This document shows positions 22,001 to 35,400 of a DNA stretch of 64,000 bases, piece after piece. Made by a program: the position numbers and the translations under genes. Within the stretch, counting starts at the first letter, position 1. Each line of letters begins with the position of its first letter. The stretch lies in NCBI GenBank assembly GCA_043228905.1, contig JBHGNT010000047.1:124001-188000 (forward strand). Direction: 5' to 3'. The stretch is from Azolla caroliniana. Its lineage: Eukaryota; Plantae; Polypodiophyta. Below the pieces are notes generated by a model. It ran no database searches. It saw nothing but the letters and a program-made list of their open reading frames with translations, and had not been told where the DNA came from.

Positions 22001-23640
22001 CAACGCTAGCTATGATACGGAATTAAAAAATCAACATTTTGAAACTCAGGTCGAGAGACATGACGAAATTAGCACATTTGAGGAGGGAGTTGAGTAGGGC
22101 GATTGAGTAAATTAAATTGTTTATATCTCGCTTGTGTGATATCGGATTTCTCTGTTCAAACATGCGAATCGAAGCTAACAACCCTAGCTATGATATGGAA
22201 TTAAGAAATCAACATTTTGAAACTCAGGTCGAGAGACATGACGAAATTAGCACATTTGAGGAGGGAGTTGAGTAGGGCGAATGAGTAAATTAAATTGTTC
22301 ATACCTCGCTCGTGTGATATCCGAATTTTGTGTTCAAACATGTGAATCGAAGCTAACAACGCTAGCTATGATATGGAATTAAAAAATCAAGATTTTGAAA
22401 GTTAGGTCGAGAGACATGAAGAAATTACCAAATTTGAGGAGGGAGTTGAGTTGGGCAAAGGAGTAAATTAAAATGTTCATACCTCGCTCGTGTGATATCG
22501 GATTTCTCAGTTCAAACATGCGAATCGAAGCTAACAACGCTAGGTATGATATGAAATTAAAATATCAAGATTTTGAAACTCAGGTCGAGAGACATGAAGA
22601 AATTACCAAATTTGAGGAGGGAGTTGAGAAGAGCCCTTGAGCAAATTAAAATGTTCATACCTCGCTCGTGTGATATCGGATTTCTGTTTTCAAACATGGG
22701 AATCGGAGCTAACAACGCTAGCTATGATATGGAATTAAAAAATCAAGATTTTGAAACTCAGGTCGAGAGACATGAAGAAATTACAAAATTTGAGGAGGGA
22801 GTTGAGTAGAGCCCTTGAGTAAATTAAATTGTTCATACCTCGCTCGTGTGATATCGGATTTTTGTGTGCAAACATGGGCATCGAAGCTAACAACGCTAGC
22901 TATGATATGGAATTACAAAATCAAGATTTTGAAACTCAGGTCGAGAGACATGAGGAAATTACCAAAGTTGAGGAGGGAGTTGAGGAGGGCGAATGAGTAA
23001 ATTAAATTGTTTATACCTCGCTTGTGTGATATCGGATTTCTCTGTTCAAATAAGCGAATCGAAGCTAACAACCCTAGCTATGATATGGAATTAAAAAATC
23101 AACATTTTGAAACTCAGGTCGAGAGACATGACGAAATTAGCACATTTGAGGAGGGAGTTGAGTAGGGCGAATGAGTAAATTAAATTGTTCATACCTCGCT
23201 CGTGTGATATCCGATTTTTGTGTTCAAACATGGGAATCGAAGCTAACAACGCTAGCTATGATATGTAATTAAAAAATCAAGATTTTAAAACTCAGGTCGA
23301 GAGACATGAAGAAATTACCAAATTTGAGGAGGGAGTTGAGTAGGGCGAAGGAGTAAATTAAAATGTTCATACCTCGCTCGTGTGATATCGAATTTCTCAG
23401 TTCAAACATGCGAATCGAAGCTAACAACGCTAGGTATGATATGAAATTAAAATATCAAGATTTTGAAACTCAGGTCGAGAGACATGAAGAAATTACCAAA
23501 TTTGAGGAGGGAGTTGAGAAGAGCCCTTGAGCAAATTAAAATGTTCATACCTCGCTCGTCTGATATCGGATTTCTGTGTTCAAACATGGGAATCGGAGCT
23601 AACAACGCTAGCTATGATATGGAATTAAAAAATCAAGATT
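19082..23640 (+). repeat. 2666-bp (15-monomer, -4 bp) higher-order duplication containing an 890-bp (5-monomer) sub-duplication
   Basis: Matching landmarks at 19195/21861, 19907/22573, 20149/22815, 20797/23463 (offset 2666) and 19907/20797, 22573/23463 (offset 890); 4-bp GCTA deletion near 21300. Ends approximate. Confidence 0.85.
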
Positions 23641-23919
23641 TAGAAACTTAGGTCGTGAGACACGACGAAATTACAAAATTTGAGGAGGGAGTTGAGTAGA
23701 GCCCTTGACTAATTAAATTGTTCATACCTCGCTCGTGTGATATCGGATTTTTGTGTGCAAACATGGGAATCGCAGCTAACAACGCTAGCTATGATATAGA
23801 ATTACAAAATCAAGATTTTGAAACTCAGGTCGAGAGACATGAGGAAATTACCAAAGTTGAGGAGGGAGTTCAGGAGGGCGAATGAGTAAATTAAATTGTT
23901 TATACCTCGCTTGTGTGAT

Positions 23920-25345
23920 ATCGGATTTCTCTGTTCAAACATGCGAATCGAAGCTAACAACCCTAGCTATGATATGGAATTAAAAAATCAACATTTTGAA
24001 ACTCAGGTCGAGAGACATGAGGAAATTAGCACATTTGAGGAGGGAGTTGAGTAGGGCGAATGAGTAAATTAAATCGGTCATACCTCGCTCGTGTGATATC
24101 CGATTTTTGTGTTCAAACATGGGAATCGAAGCTAACAACGCTAGCTATGATATGGAATTAAAAAATCAAGATTTTAAAACTCAGGTCGAGAGACATGACG
24201 AAATTAGCACATTTGAGGAGGGAGTTGAGTAGGGCGAATGAGTAAATTAAATTGTTCATACCTCGCTCGTGTGATATCCGATTTTTGTGTTCAAACATGT
24301 GAATCGAAGCTAACAACGCCAGCTATGATATGGAATTAAAAAATCAAGATTTTGAAAGTTAGGTCGAGAGACATGTAGAAATTACCAAATTTGAGGAGGG
24401 AGTTGAGTAGGACGAAGGAGTAAATTAAAATGTTCATACCTCGCTCGTGTGATATTGGATTTCTCAGTTCAAACATGCGAATCGAAGCTACTAACGATAG
24501 GTATGATATGAAATTAAAATATCAAGATTTTGAAACATAGGTCGAGAGATATGACAAATTTAGCAAATTTAAGGAGGGACTTGAGTAGGGCGAATGAGTA
24601 AATTAAAATTTTCATACCTCGCTCGTGTGATATCGGATTTCTCTGTTCAAACATGCGAATCGAAGCTAACAACCCTAGCTATGATATGGAATTAAAAAAT
24701 CAACATTTTGAAACTCAGGTCGAGAGACATGAGGAAATTAGCACATTTGAGGAGGGAGTTGAGTAGGGCGAATGAGTAAATTAAATCGGTCATACCTCGC
24801 TCGTGTGATATCCGATTTTTGTGTTCAAACATGGGAATCGAAGCTAACAACGCTAGCTATGATATGGAATTAAAAAATCAAGATTTTAAAACTCAGGTCG
24901 AGAGACATGACGAAATTAGCACATTTGAGGAGGGAGTTGAGTAGGGCGAATGAGTAAATTAAATTGTTCATACCTCGCTCGTGTGATATCCGATTTTTGT
25001 GTTCAAACATGTGAATCGAAGCTAACAACGCCAGCTATGATATGGAATTAAAAAATCAAGATTTTGAAAGTTAGGTCGAGAGACATGTAGAAATTACCAA
25101 ATTTGAGGAGGGAGTTGAGTAGGACGAAGGAGTAAATTAAAATGTTCATACCTCGCTCGTGTGATATTGGATTTCTCAGTTCAAACATGCGAATCGAAGC
25201 TACTAACGATAGGTATGATATGAAATTAAAATATCAAGATTTTGAAACTTAGGTCGAGAGATATGACAAATTTAGCAAATTTAAGGAGGGACTTGAGTAG
25301 GGCGAATGAGTAAATTAAAATTTTCATACCTCGCTCGTGTGATAT
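23920..25345 (+). repeat. 712-bp (4-monomer) tandem duplication
   Basis: Private variants AAATCGGTCA at 24071/24783 and CTAACGATAGG at 24491/25203. Ends approximate. Confidence 0.85.
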
Positions 25346-26479
25346 CGGATTTCTCTGTTCAAACATGCGAATCGAAGCTAACAACGCTAGCTATGATATG
25401 GAATTAAAAAATCAAAATTTTGAAACTCAGTTCGAGAGACATGACGAAATTACCAAATTTGAGGAGGGAGTTGAGTAGGGCGAATGAGAAAATTCAATTG
25501 TTCATTCCTCGCTGGTGTGATATCAGATTTGTGTGTTCAAACATGCGAATCGAAGCTAACAATGCTAGTTATGATATGGAATTAAAAAATCAAGATTTTG
25601 AAACTTAGATCGAGAGACATGACAAAATTACCAAATTTGAAGACGGAGTCTAGTAGGGCGATTGAGTAAATTAAATTGTTCATACCTCGCTCGTGTGATA
25701 TCGGATTTGTGTGTTCAAACATGCGAATCGAAGCTAACAACGCTAGCTATGATATGGAATTAAAAAATCAAGATTTTGAAAGTTAGGTGGAGAGACATGA
25801 AGAAATTACCAAATTTGAGGAGGGAGTTGAGTAGGGCTAATGAGTAAATTAAATTGTACATACCTCGCTCGTGTGATATCGGATTTTTGTGTTCAAACAT
25901 GGGAATCGAAGCTAACAATGTTAGCTATGATATGGAATTAAAAAATAAAGATTTTGAAACTCAGGTCGAGAGACATGAGGAAATTACCAAAGTTGAGGAG
26001 GGAGTTGAGTAGGGCGAATAAGAGAATTCAATTGTTCATACCTCGCTCGTGTGATATCGGATTTGTGTGTTCAAACATGCGAATCGAAGCTAACAACGCT
26101 AGCTATGATATGGAATTAAAAAATCAAGATTTTGAAACTTAGGTCGAGAGACATAAAGAAATTACCAAATTTAAGGAGGGAGTTGAGTAGGGCGAATGAG
26201 TAAATTAAATTGTTCATACCTCGCTGGTGTGATATCGGATTTGTGTGTTCAAACCTGCGAATCGAAGCTAACAATGCTAGCTATGATATGGAATTAAAAA
26301 ATCAAGATTTTGAAACTCAGGTCGAGAGACATGACGAAATTACCAAATTTGAGGACGGAGTCAAGTAGGGCGATTCAGTAAATTAAATTGTTCATACCTC
26401 GCTCGTGTGATATCAGATTTTTGTGTTTAAACATGCGAAACGAAGCTAACAACGCTAGCTATGATATGGAATTAAAAAA

Positions 26480-29400
26480 TCAAGAGTTTGAAGCTCAGGT
26501 CGAGGGACATGACGAAATTTGCAACCATGACAAGGGAGTTGAGAGGAGCCCTTGAGTAAATTAAAATGTTCATACCTAGCTCGTGTTATATCGGATTTAT
26601 GTGTTCAAACATGCGAATCGAAGCTAACAACACTAGCTATGATATGGAATTAAAAAATCAAGATTTTGAAACTCAGGTCGAGAGACATGACGAAAATAGC
26701 AACCTTGATAAGGGAGTTGAGAGGAGCCCTTGAGTAAATTAAAATGTTCATACCTAGCTCGTGTGATATCGGATTTTTGTGTTCAAACATGCCAATCGAA
26801 GCTAACAACGCTAGTTATGATATGGATTTAAAAAATCAAGATTTTGAAACTCAGGTCGAGAAACATGACGAAATTACCAAATTTGAGGTGTGAGTTGAGA
26901 AGAGCTAGTAGGTAAATTTAAATGTTCATACCTGGCAACTGTGATATCCGATTTTTATGTTCAAACATGCGAATCGAAGCTAACAACGCTAGCTATGATA
27001 TGGAATTAAAAAATCAAGATTTTGAAACTCAGATCGAGTGACATGATGAAATTAGCAACCTTGACAAGGGAGTTGAGAGGAGCCCTTGAGTAAATTAAAA
27101 TGTTCATACCTGGCTCGTGTCATATCGGATTTATGTGTTCAAACATGCGAATCCAAGCTAACAACGCTACCTATGATATGGAATTAAAAAATCAAGGTTT
27201 TGAAACTCAGGTCCAGAGACATGACGAAAATAGCAAACTTGAGGAGGGAGTAGAGAGGAGCCCTTGAGTAAATTAAAATGTTCATACCTGGCTCGTGTGA
27301 TATCGGATTTATGTGTTCAAACATGCGAATCGAAGCTAACAACGCTACCTATGATATGGAATTAAACAATCAAGATTTTGAAACTCAGGTTGAGAGACAT
27401 GAGGAAATTACCAAATTTAAGGAGGGAGTTGAGTAAGCCGAATGAGTAGATTAAATTGTTCATACCTTGCTCGTGTGATATCGGATTTCTCTGTTCAAAC
27501 ATGTGAATCGAAGCTAACAACGCTAGCTATGATATGGAATTAAAAAATCAAGATTTTGAAAGTTAGGTCGAGAGACATGAAGATATTACCAAATTTGAGG
27601 AGGGAGTTGAGTAGGGCGAATGAGTAAATTAAATTGCTCATACCTCGCTCGTGTGATATCGGATTTTTGTATTCAAACGTGCGAATCGAAGCTAACAACG
27701 CTAGCTATGATATGGAATTAAAAAATCAAGATTTTGAAACTCAGGTCGAGAGACATGAAGAAATTAGCAAATTTGAGGAGGGAGTTGAGTAGGGCGAATG
27801 AGTAAATTAAAATGTTCATACCTCGCTCGTGTCATATCAGATTTTTGTGTTCAAACATGCGAATCGAAGCTAACAATGCTACCTATGATATGGAATTAAA
27901 CAATCTAGATTTTGAAACTCACGTCGAGAGACATGAAGAAATTAGCAAATTTGAGGAGGGAGTGGAGAAGAGCCCGTTCGGAAATGAAAATGTTCATACC
28001 TCGCTCGTGTGATATCAGATTTTTGTGTTCAAACATGGGAATCGAAGCTAACAATGCTACCTATGATATGGAATTAAACGATCTAGATTTTGGAACTCAG
28101 GTCGAGAGAAATAAAGAAATTACCTAATTTGAGGAGGGAGTTGAGTAGGGGGAATGAGTAAATTAAATTTTTCATACCTCGCTCGTGTGATATCGGATTT
28201 CTCTGTTCAAACATGCGAATCGAAACTAACAACGCTAGCTATGATATGGAATTAAAAAATCAAGATTTTGAAACTTAGGTCGAGATACATAAAGAAATTA
28301 CCAAATTTGAGGAGGGAGTTGAGCAGGGCGAATGAGTAAATTAAATTGTTCATACCTCGCTCGTGTGATATCGGATTTCTCAGGTCAAACATGCGATTCG
28401 TAGCTAACAACCCTAGCTATGATATGGAATTAAAATATCAAGATTTTGAAACTCAGGTCGAGAGACATGAAGAAATTACCAAATTTGAGGAGGGAGTTGA
28501 GTAGGGCGAATGAGTAAATTACAATGTTCATACCTGGCTCGTGTGATATCAGATTTTTGTGTTCAAACATGCGAATCGAAGCTAACAATGCTACCTATGA
28601 TATGGAATTAAACAATCTAGATTTTGGAACGCAGGTCGAGAGACATGAGGAAATTACCAAATTTGAGGAGGGAGTTGAGTAGGGCGAATGAGTAAATTAA
28701 ATTGTTCATACCTCGCTCGTGTGATATCCGATTTTTGTGTTCAAACATGGGAATCGAAGCTAACAACACTAGCTATGATATGGAATTAAAAAATCCAGAT
28801 TTTGAAACTTAGGTCGAGAGACATGAAGAAATTACCAAATTTGAGGAGGGAGTTGAGTAGGGCGAATGAGTAAAATAAAATGTTCATACCTCGCTCGTGT
28901 GATATCGGATTTGTGTGTTCAAACATGGGAATAGGAGATAACAACGCTAGTTATGATATGGAATTAAAAAATCAAGATTTTGAAACTCAGGTCGAGAGAC
29001 ATGAAGAAATTACCAAATTTGAGGAGGGAGTTGAGTAGGGCGAATGAGAAAATTCAATTGTTCATACCTCGCTCGTGTGATATCGGATTTGTGTGTTCAA
29101 ACATGCGAATCGAAGCTAACATTGCTAGTTATGATATGGATTTAAAAAATCAAGATTTTGAAACCCAGATCGAGAGACATGACGAAATTAACAAAGTTGA
29201 GGAGTGAGTTGAGAATAGCTAGTAGGTAAATTTAAATGTTCATACCTGGCGACTCTGATATCGGATTTTTATGTTCAAACATGCAAATCGAAGCTAAGAA
29301 CGCTAGCTATGATATGGAATTAAGAAATCAAGATTTTGAAACTCAGGTCGAGAGACATGACGAAAATAGCAAACTTGAGGAGGGAGTTGAGAAGAGCTAG

Positions 29401-32400
29401 TAGGTAAATTAAAATGTTCATACCTGGCTCGTGTGATATTGCATTTTTGTGTTCAAACATGCCAATCGAAGCTAACAACGCTAGCTATGATATGGAATTA
29501 AAAAATCAAGATTTTGAAACTCAGGTCGAGAAACATGACGAAATTCGCAACCTTGAGGAGGGAGTTGAGAGGAGCCCTTGAGTAAATTAAAATGTTCATA
29601 CCTAGCTCGTGTGATATCGGATTTATGCGTTCAAACATGCGAATCGAAGCTAACATCGCTAGCTATGATATGGAATTAAAAAATCAAGATTTTGAAACTC
29701 AGGTCAAGAGACATGACGAAAATAGCAAACTTGAGGAGGGAGTTGAGAGGAGCCTTTGAGCAAATTAAAATGTTCATAGTTGGCTCCTGTGATATCGGGA
29801 TTTAAATGTTCAAACATGCGAATCGAAGATAACAACGCTAGCTATGATATGGAATTAAAAAATCAAGATTTTGAAACTCAGGTCGAGAGACATGACGAAA
29901 TTACAAAATTTGAGGGGTGAGTTGAGAAGAGCTAGTAGTTAAATTAAAAGGTTCATACCTGGCTCGTGTCATATCGGATTTATGTGTTCAAACATGCGGA
30001 TCGAAGCTAACAACACTAGCTATGATATGGAATTAAAAATTCAAGATTTTCAAACTCAGGTCGAGAGACATGACGAAATTAGCAACCTTGACAGGGGAGT
30101 TGAGAGGAGCCCTTGAGCAAATTAAAATGTTCATACCTGGCTCCTGTGATATCGGATTTATGTGTTCAAACATGCGAATCGAAGCTAACAACGCTAGGTA
30201 TGATATGGATTTAAAAAATCAAGATTTTGAAGCTCAGGTCGAGAGACATGACGAAATTTGCAACCTTGACAAGGGAGTTGAGAGGAGCCCTTGAGTAAAT
30301 TAAAATGTTCATACCTGGCTCGTGTAATATCGGGTTTTTGTGTTCAAACATGCGAATCAAAGCTAACAGCGCTAGCTATGAAATGGAATTAAAAAATCAA
30401 GATTTTGAAACTCAGGTCGAGAGACATGACAAAATTACCAAAGTTGAGGAGTGAGTTGAGAAGAGCTAGTAGGTAAATTAAAATTTTCATACCTGGCTCG
30501 TGTGTTATCGGATTTTTGTGTTCAAACATGCGAATCGAAGCTAACATCGCTAGCTATGATATGGAATTAAAAAATCAAGATTTTGAAACTCAGGTCGAGA
30601 GACGTGACGAAATTAGCAACCTTGACAAGGGAGTTGAGAGGAGCCCTTGAGTAAATTAAAATGTTCATACCTGGCTCGTGTGATATCGGATTTTTGTGTT
30701 CAAACATACAAATCGAAATTAACAACGCTAGTTATGATATGGAATTATAAAATCAAGATTTTGAAACCCAGATAGAGAGACATGACGAAATTACCAAATT
30801 TGAGGAGTGAGTTGAGAAGAGCTAGTAGGTAAATATAAATGTTCATACCTAGCAACTGTGATATCGGATTTTTATGTTCAAACATGCAAATCGAAGCTAA
30901 GAACGCTAGCTATTATATGGAATTAAAAAATCAAGTACGCTAGCTAAGAACGCTAGCTATGATATGGAATCGAAGCTAACAACGCTAGGTATGATATGGA
31001 TTTAAAAAATCAAGATTTTGAAACTCAGGTCGAGAGACATGTCGAAATTTGCAACCTTGACAAGGGAGTTAAGAAGAGCTAGTAGGTAAATTTAAATGTT
31101 CATACCTGGCCACTGTGATATCGGATTTTTGTGTTCAAACATGCGAATGGAAGCTAACAACGCTAGCTATGATATGGAATTAAAAAATCAAGATTTTGAA
31201 ACTCAGGTCGAGAGACATGACGAAATTTCCACATTTGAGGAGTGAATTAAGAAGAGCTAGTAGGTAAGTTTAAATATTCATACCTGGCTCGTGTGATATC
31301 GGATTCTTATGTTCAAACATGCGAATCGAAGCTAACAACGCTAGCTATGATATGGAATTAAAAAATCAAGATTTTGAAACTCAGGTCGAGAGACATCAAA
31401 AAATTACCAAATTTGAGGAGTGAGTTGAGAAGAGCTAGTAGGTAAATTAAAATGTTCAAACCTGGCTCGTGTCATATGGGATTTATGTGTTCAAACATAC
31501 GAATCGAAGCTAACAACGCTAGCTATGATATGGAATTAAAAAATCAAGATTTTGAAACTCAGGTCGATAAACACGACGAAATTGGCAATCTTGACAAGGG
31601 AGTTGAGAGCAGCCCTTGAGCAAATTAAAATGTTCATACCTGGCTCGTGTGATATTGCATTTTTGTGTTCAAACATGCCAATCGAAGCTAACAACGCTAG
31701 CTATGATATGGAATTAAAAAATCAAGATTTTGAAACTCAGGTCGAGAAACATGACGAAATTCGCAACCTTGAGGAGGGAGTTGAGAGGAGCCCTTGAGTA
31801 AATTAAAATGTTCATACCTAGCTCGTGTGATATCGGATTTATGCGTTCAAACATGCGAATCGAAGCTAACATCGCTAGCTATGATATGGAATTAAAAAAT
31901 CAAGATTTTGAAACTCAGGTCAAGAGACATGACGAAAATAGCAAACTTGAGGAGGGAGTTGAGAGGAGCCTTTGAGCAAATTAAAATGTTCATAGTTGGC
32001 TCCTGTGATATCGGGATTTAAATGTTCAAACATGCGAATCGAAGATAACAACGCTAGCTATGATATGGAATTAAAAAATCAAGATTTTGAAACTCAGGTC
32101 GAGAGACATGACGAAATTACAAAATTTGAGGGGTGAGTTGAGAAGAGCTAGTAGTTAAATTAAAAGGTTCATACCTGGCTCGTGTCATATCGGATTTATG
32201 TGTTCAAACATGCGGATCGAAGCTAACAACACTAGCTATGATATGGAATTAAAAATTCAAGATTTTCAAACTCAGGTCGAGAGACATGACGAAATTAGCA
32301 ACCTTGACAGGGGAGTTGAGAGGAGCCCTTGAGCAAATTAAAATGTTCATACCTGGCTCCTGTGATATCGGATTTATGTGTTCAAACATGCGAATCGAAG

Positions 32401-35400
32401 CTAACAACGCTAGGTATGATATGGATTTAAAAAATCAAGATTTTGAAGCTCAGGTCGAGAGACATGACGAAATTTGCAACCTTGACAAGGGAGTTGAGAG
32501 GAGCCCTTGAGTAAATTAAAATGTTCATACCTGGCTCGTGTAATATCGGGTTTTTGTGTTCAAACATGCGAATCAAAGCTAACAGCGCTAGCTATGAAAT
32601 GGAATTAAAAAATCAAGATTTTGAAACTCAGGTCGAGAGACATGACAAAATTACCAAAGTTGAGGAGTGAGTTGAGAAGAGCTAGTAGGTAAATTAAAAT
32701 TTTCATACCTGGCTCGTGTGTTATCGGATTTTTGTGTTCAAACATGCGAATCGAAGCTAACATCGCTAGCTATGATATGGAATTAAAAAATCAAGATTTT
32801 GAAACTCAGGTCGAGAGACGTGACGAAATTAGCAACCTTGACAAGGGAGTTGAGAGGAGCCCTTGAGTAAATTAAAATGTTCATACCTGGCTCGTGTGAT
32901 ATCGGATTTTTGTGTTCAAACATACAAATCGAAATTAACAACGCTAGTTATGATATGGAATTATAAAATCAAGATTTTGAAACCCAGATAGAGAGACATG
33001 ACGAAATTACCAAATTTGAGGAGTGAGTTGAGAAGAGCTAGTAGGTAAATATAAATGTTCATACCTAGCAACTGTGATATCGGATTTTTATGTTCAAACA
33101 TGCAAATCGAAGCTAAGAACGCTAGCTATGATATGGAATTAAAAAATCAAGTACGCTAGCTAAGAACGCTAGCTATGATATGGAATCGAAGCTAACAACG
33201 CTAGGTATGATATGGATTTAAAAAATCAAGATTTTGAAACTCAGGTCGAGAGACATGTCGAAATTTGCAACCTTGACAAGGCAGTTGAGAAGAGCTAGTA
33301 GGTAAATTTAAATGTTCATACTTGGCCACTGTGATATCGGATTTTTGTGTTCAAACATGCGAATGGAAGCTAACAACGCTAGCTATGATATGGAATTAAA
33401 AAATCAAGATTTTGAAACTCAGGTCGAGAAACATGACGAAATTTCCACATTTGAGGAGTGAATTAAGAAGAGCTAGTAGGTAAGTTTAAATATTCATACC
33501 TGGCTCGTGTGATATCGGATTCTTATGTTCAAACATGCGAATCGAAGCTAACAACGCTAGCTATGATATGGAATTAAAAAATCAAGATTTTGAAACTCAG
33601 GTCGAGAGACATCAAAAAATTACCAAATTTGAGGAGTGAGTTGAGAAGAGCTAGTAGGTAAATTAAAATGTTCAAACCTGGCTCGTGTCATATGGGATTT
33701 ATGTGTTCAAACATACGAATCGAAGCTAACAACGCTAGCTATGATATGGAATTAAAAAATCAAGATTTTGAAACTCAGGTCGATAAACACGACGAAATTG
33801 GCAATCTTGACAAGGGAGTTGAGAGCAGCCCTTGAGCAAATTAAAATGTTCATACCTGGCTCGTGTGATATTGCATTTTTGTGTTCAAACATGCGAATTG
33901 AAGCTAACAACGCTAGCTATGATATGGAAGTAAAAAATCAAGATTTTGAAACTCAGGTCGAGAGACATGACGAAATTACCAATGTTGAGGAGTGAGTTGA
34001 GAGGAGCCCTTGAGTAAATTAAAATGTTCATACCTAGCTCGTGTGATATCGGATTTATGTGTTCAAACATGCAAATCGAAGCTAACAACGCTAGCTATGA
34101 TATGGAATTAAAAAATCAAGATTTTGAAACTCAGGTCGATAAACACGACGAAATTGGCAATCTTGACACGGGAGTTGAGAGCAGCCCTTGAGCAAATTAA
34201 AATGTTCATACCTGGCTCGTGTGATATTGCATTTTTGTGTTCAAACATGCGAATTGAAGCTAACAACGCTAGCTATGATATGGAAGTAAAAAATCAAGAT
34301 TTTGAAACTCAGGTCGAGAGACATGACGAAATTACCAATGTTGAGGAGTGAGTTGAGAGGAGCCCTTGAGTAAATTAAATTGTTCATACCTCGCTCGTGT
34401 GATATCGGATTTGTGTGTTCAAACATGCGAATCGAAGCTAACAACGCTAGCTATGATATGGAATTAAAAAATCAAGATTTTGAAAGTTAGGTTGAGAGAC
34501 ATGAAGAAATTACCAAATTTGAGGAGGGAGTTGAGTAGGGCTAATGAGTAAATTAAATTGTACATACCTCGCTCGTGTGATATCGGATTTTTGTGTTCAA
34601 ACATGGGAATCGAAGCTAACAACGCTAGCTATGATATGGAATTAAAAAATAAAGATTTTGAAACTCAGGTCGAGAGACATGAGGAAATTACCAAAGTTGA
34701 GGAGGGAGTTGAGTAGGGCGAATGAGGGAATTCAATTGTTCATACCTCGCTCGTGTGATATCGGATTTGTGTGTTCAAACATGCGAATCGAAGCTAACAA
34801 CGCTAGCTATGATATGGAATTAAAAAATCAAGATTTTGAAACTTAGGTCGAGAGACATAAAGAAATTACCAAATTTAAGGAGGGAGTTGAGTAGGGCGAA
34901 TGAGTAAATTAAATTGTTCATACCTCGCTGGTGTGATATCGGATTTGTGTGTTCAAACCTGCGAATCGAAGCTAACAATGCTAGCTATGATATGGAATTA
35001 AAAAATCAAGATTTTGAAACTCAGGTCGAGAGACATGACGAAATTACCAAATTTGAGGACGGAGTCAAGTAGGGTGATTCAGTAAATTAAATTGTTCATA
35101 CCTCGCTCGTGTGATATCAGATTTTTGTGTTTAAACATGCGAAACGAAGCTAACAACGCTAGCTATGATATGGAATTAAAAAATCAAGAGTTTGAAGCTC
35201 AGGTCGAGGGACATGACGAAATTTGCAACCATGACAAGGGAGTTGAGAGGAGCCCTTGAGTAAATTAAAATGTTCATACCTAGCTCGTGTTATATCGGAT
35301 TTATGTGTTCAAACATGCGAATCGAAGCTAACAACACTAGCTATGATATGGAATTAAAAAATCAAGATTTTGAAACTCAGGTCGAGAGACATGACGAAAA

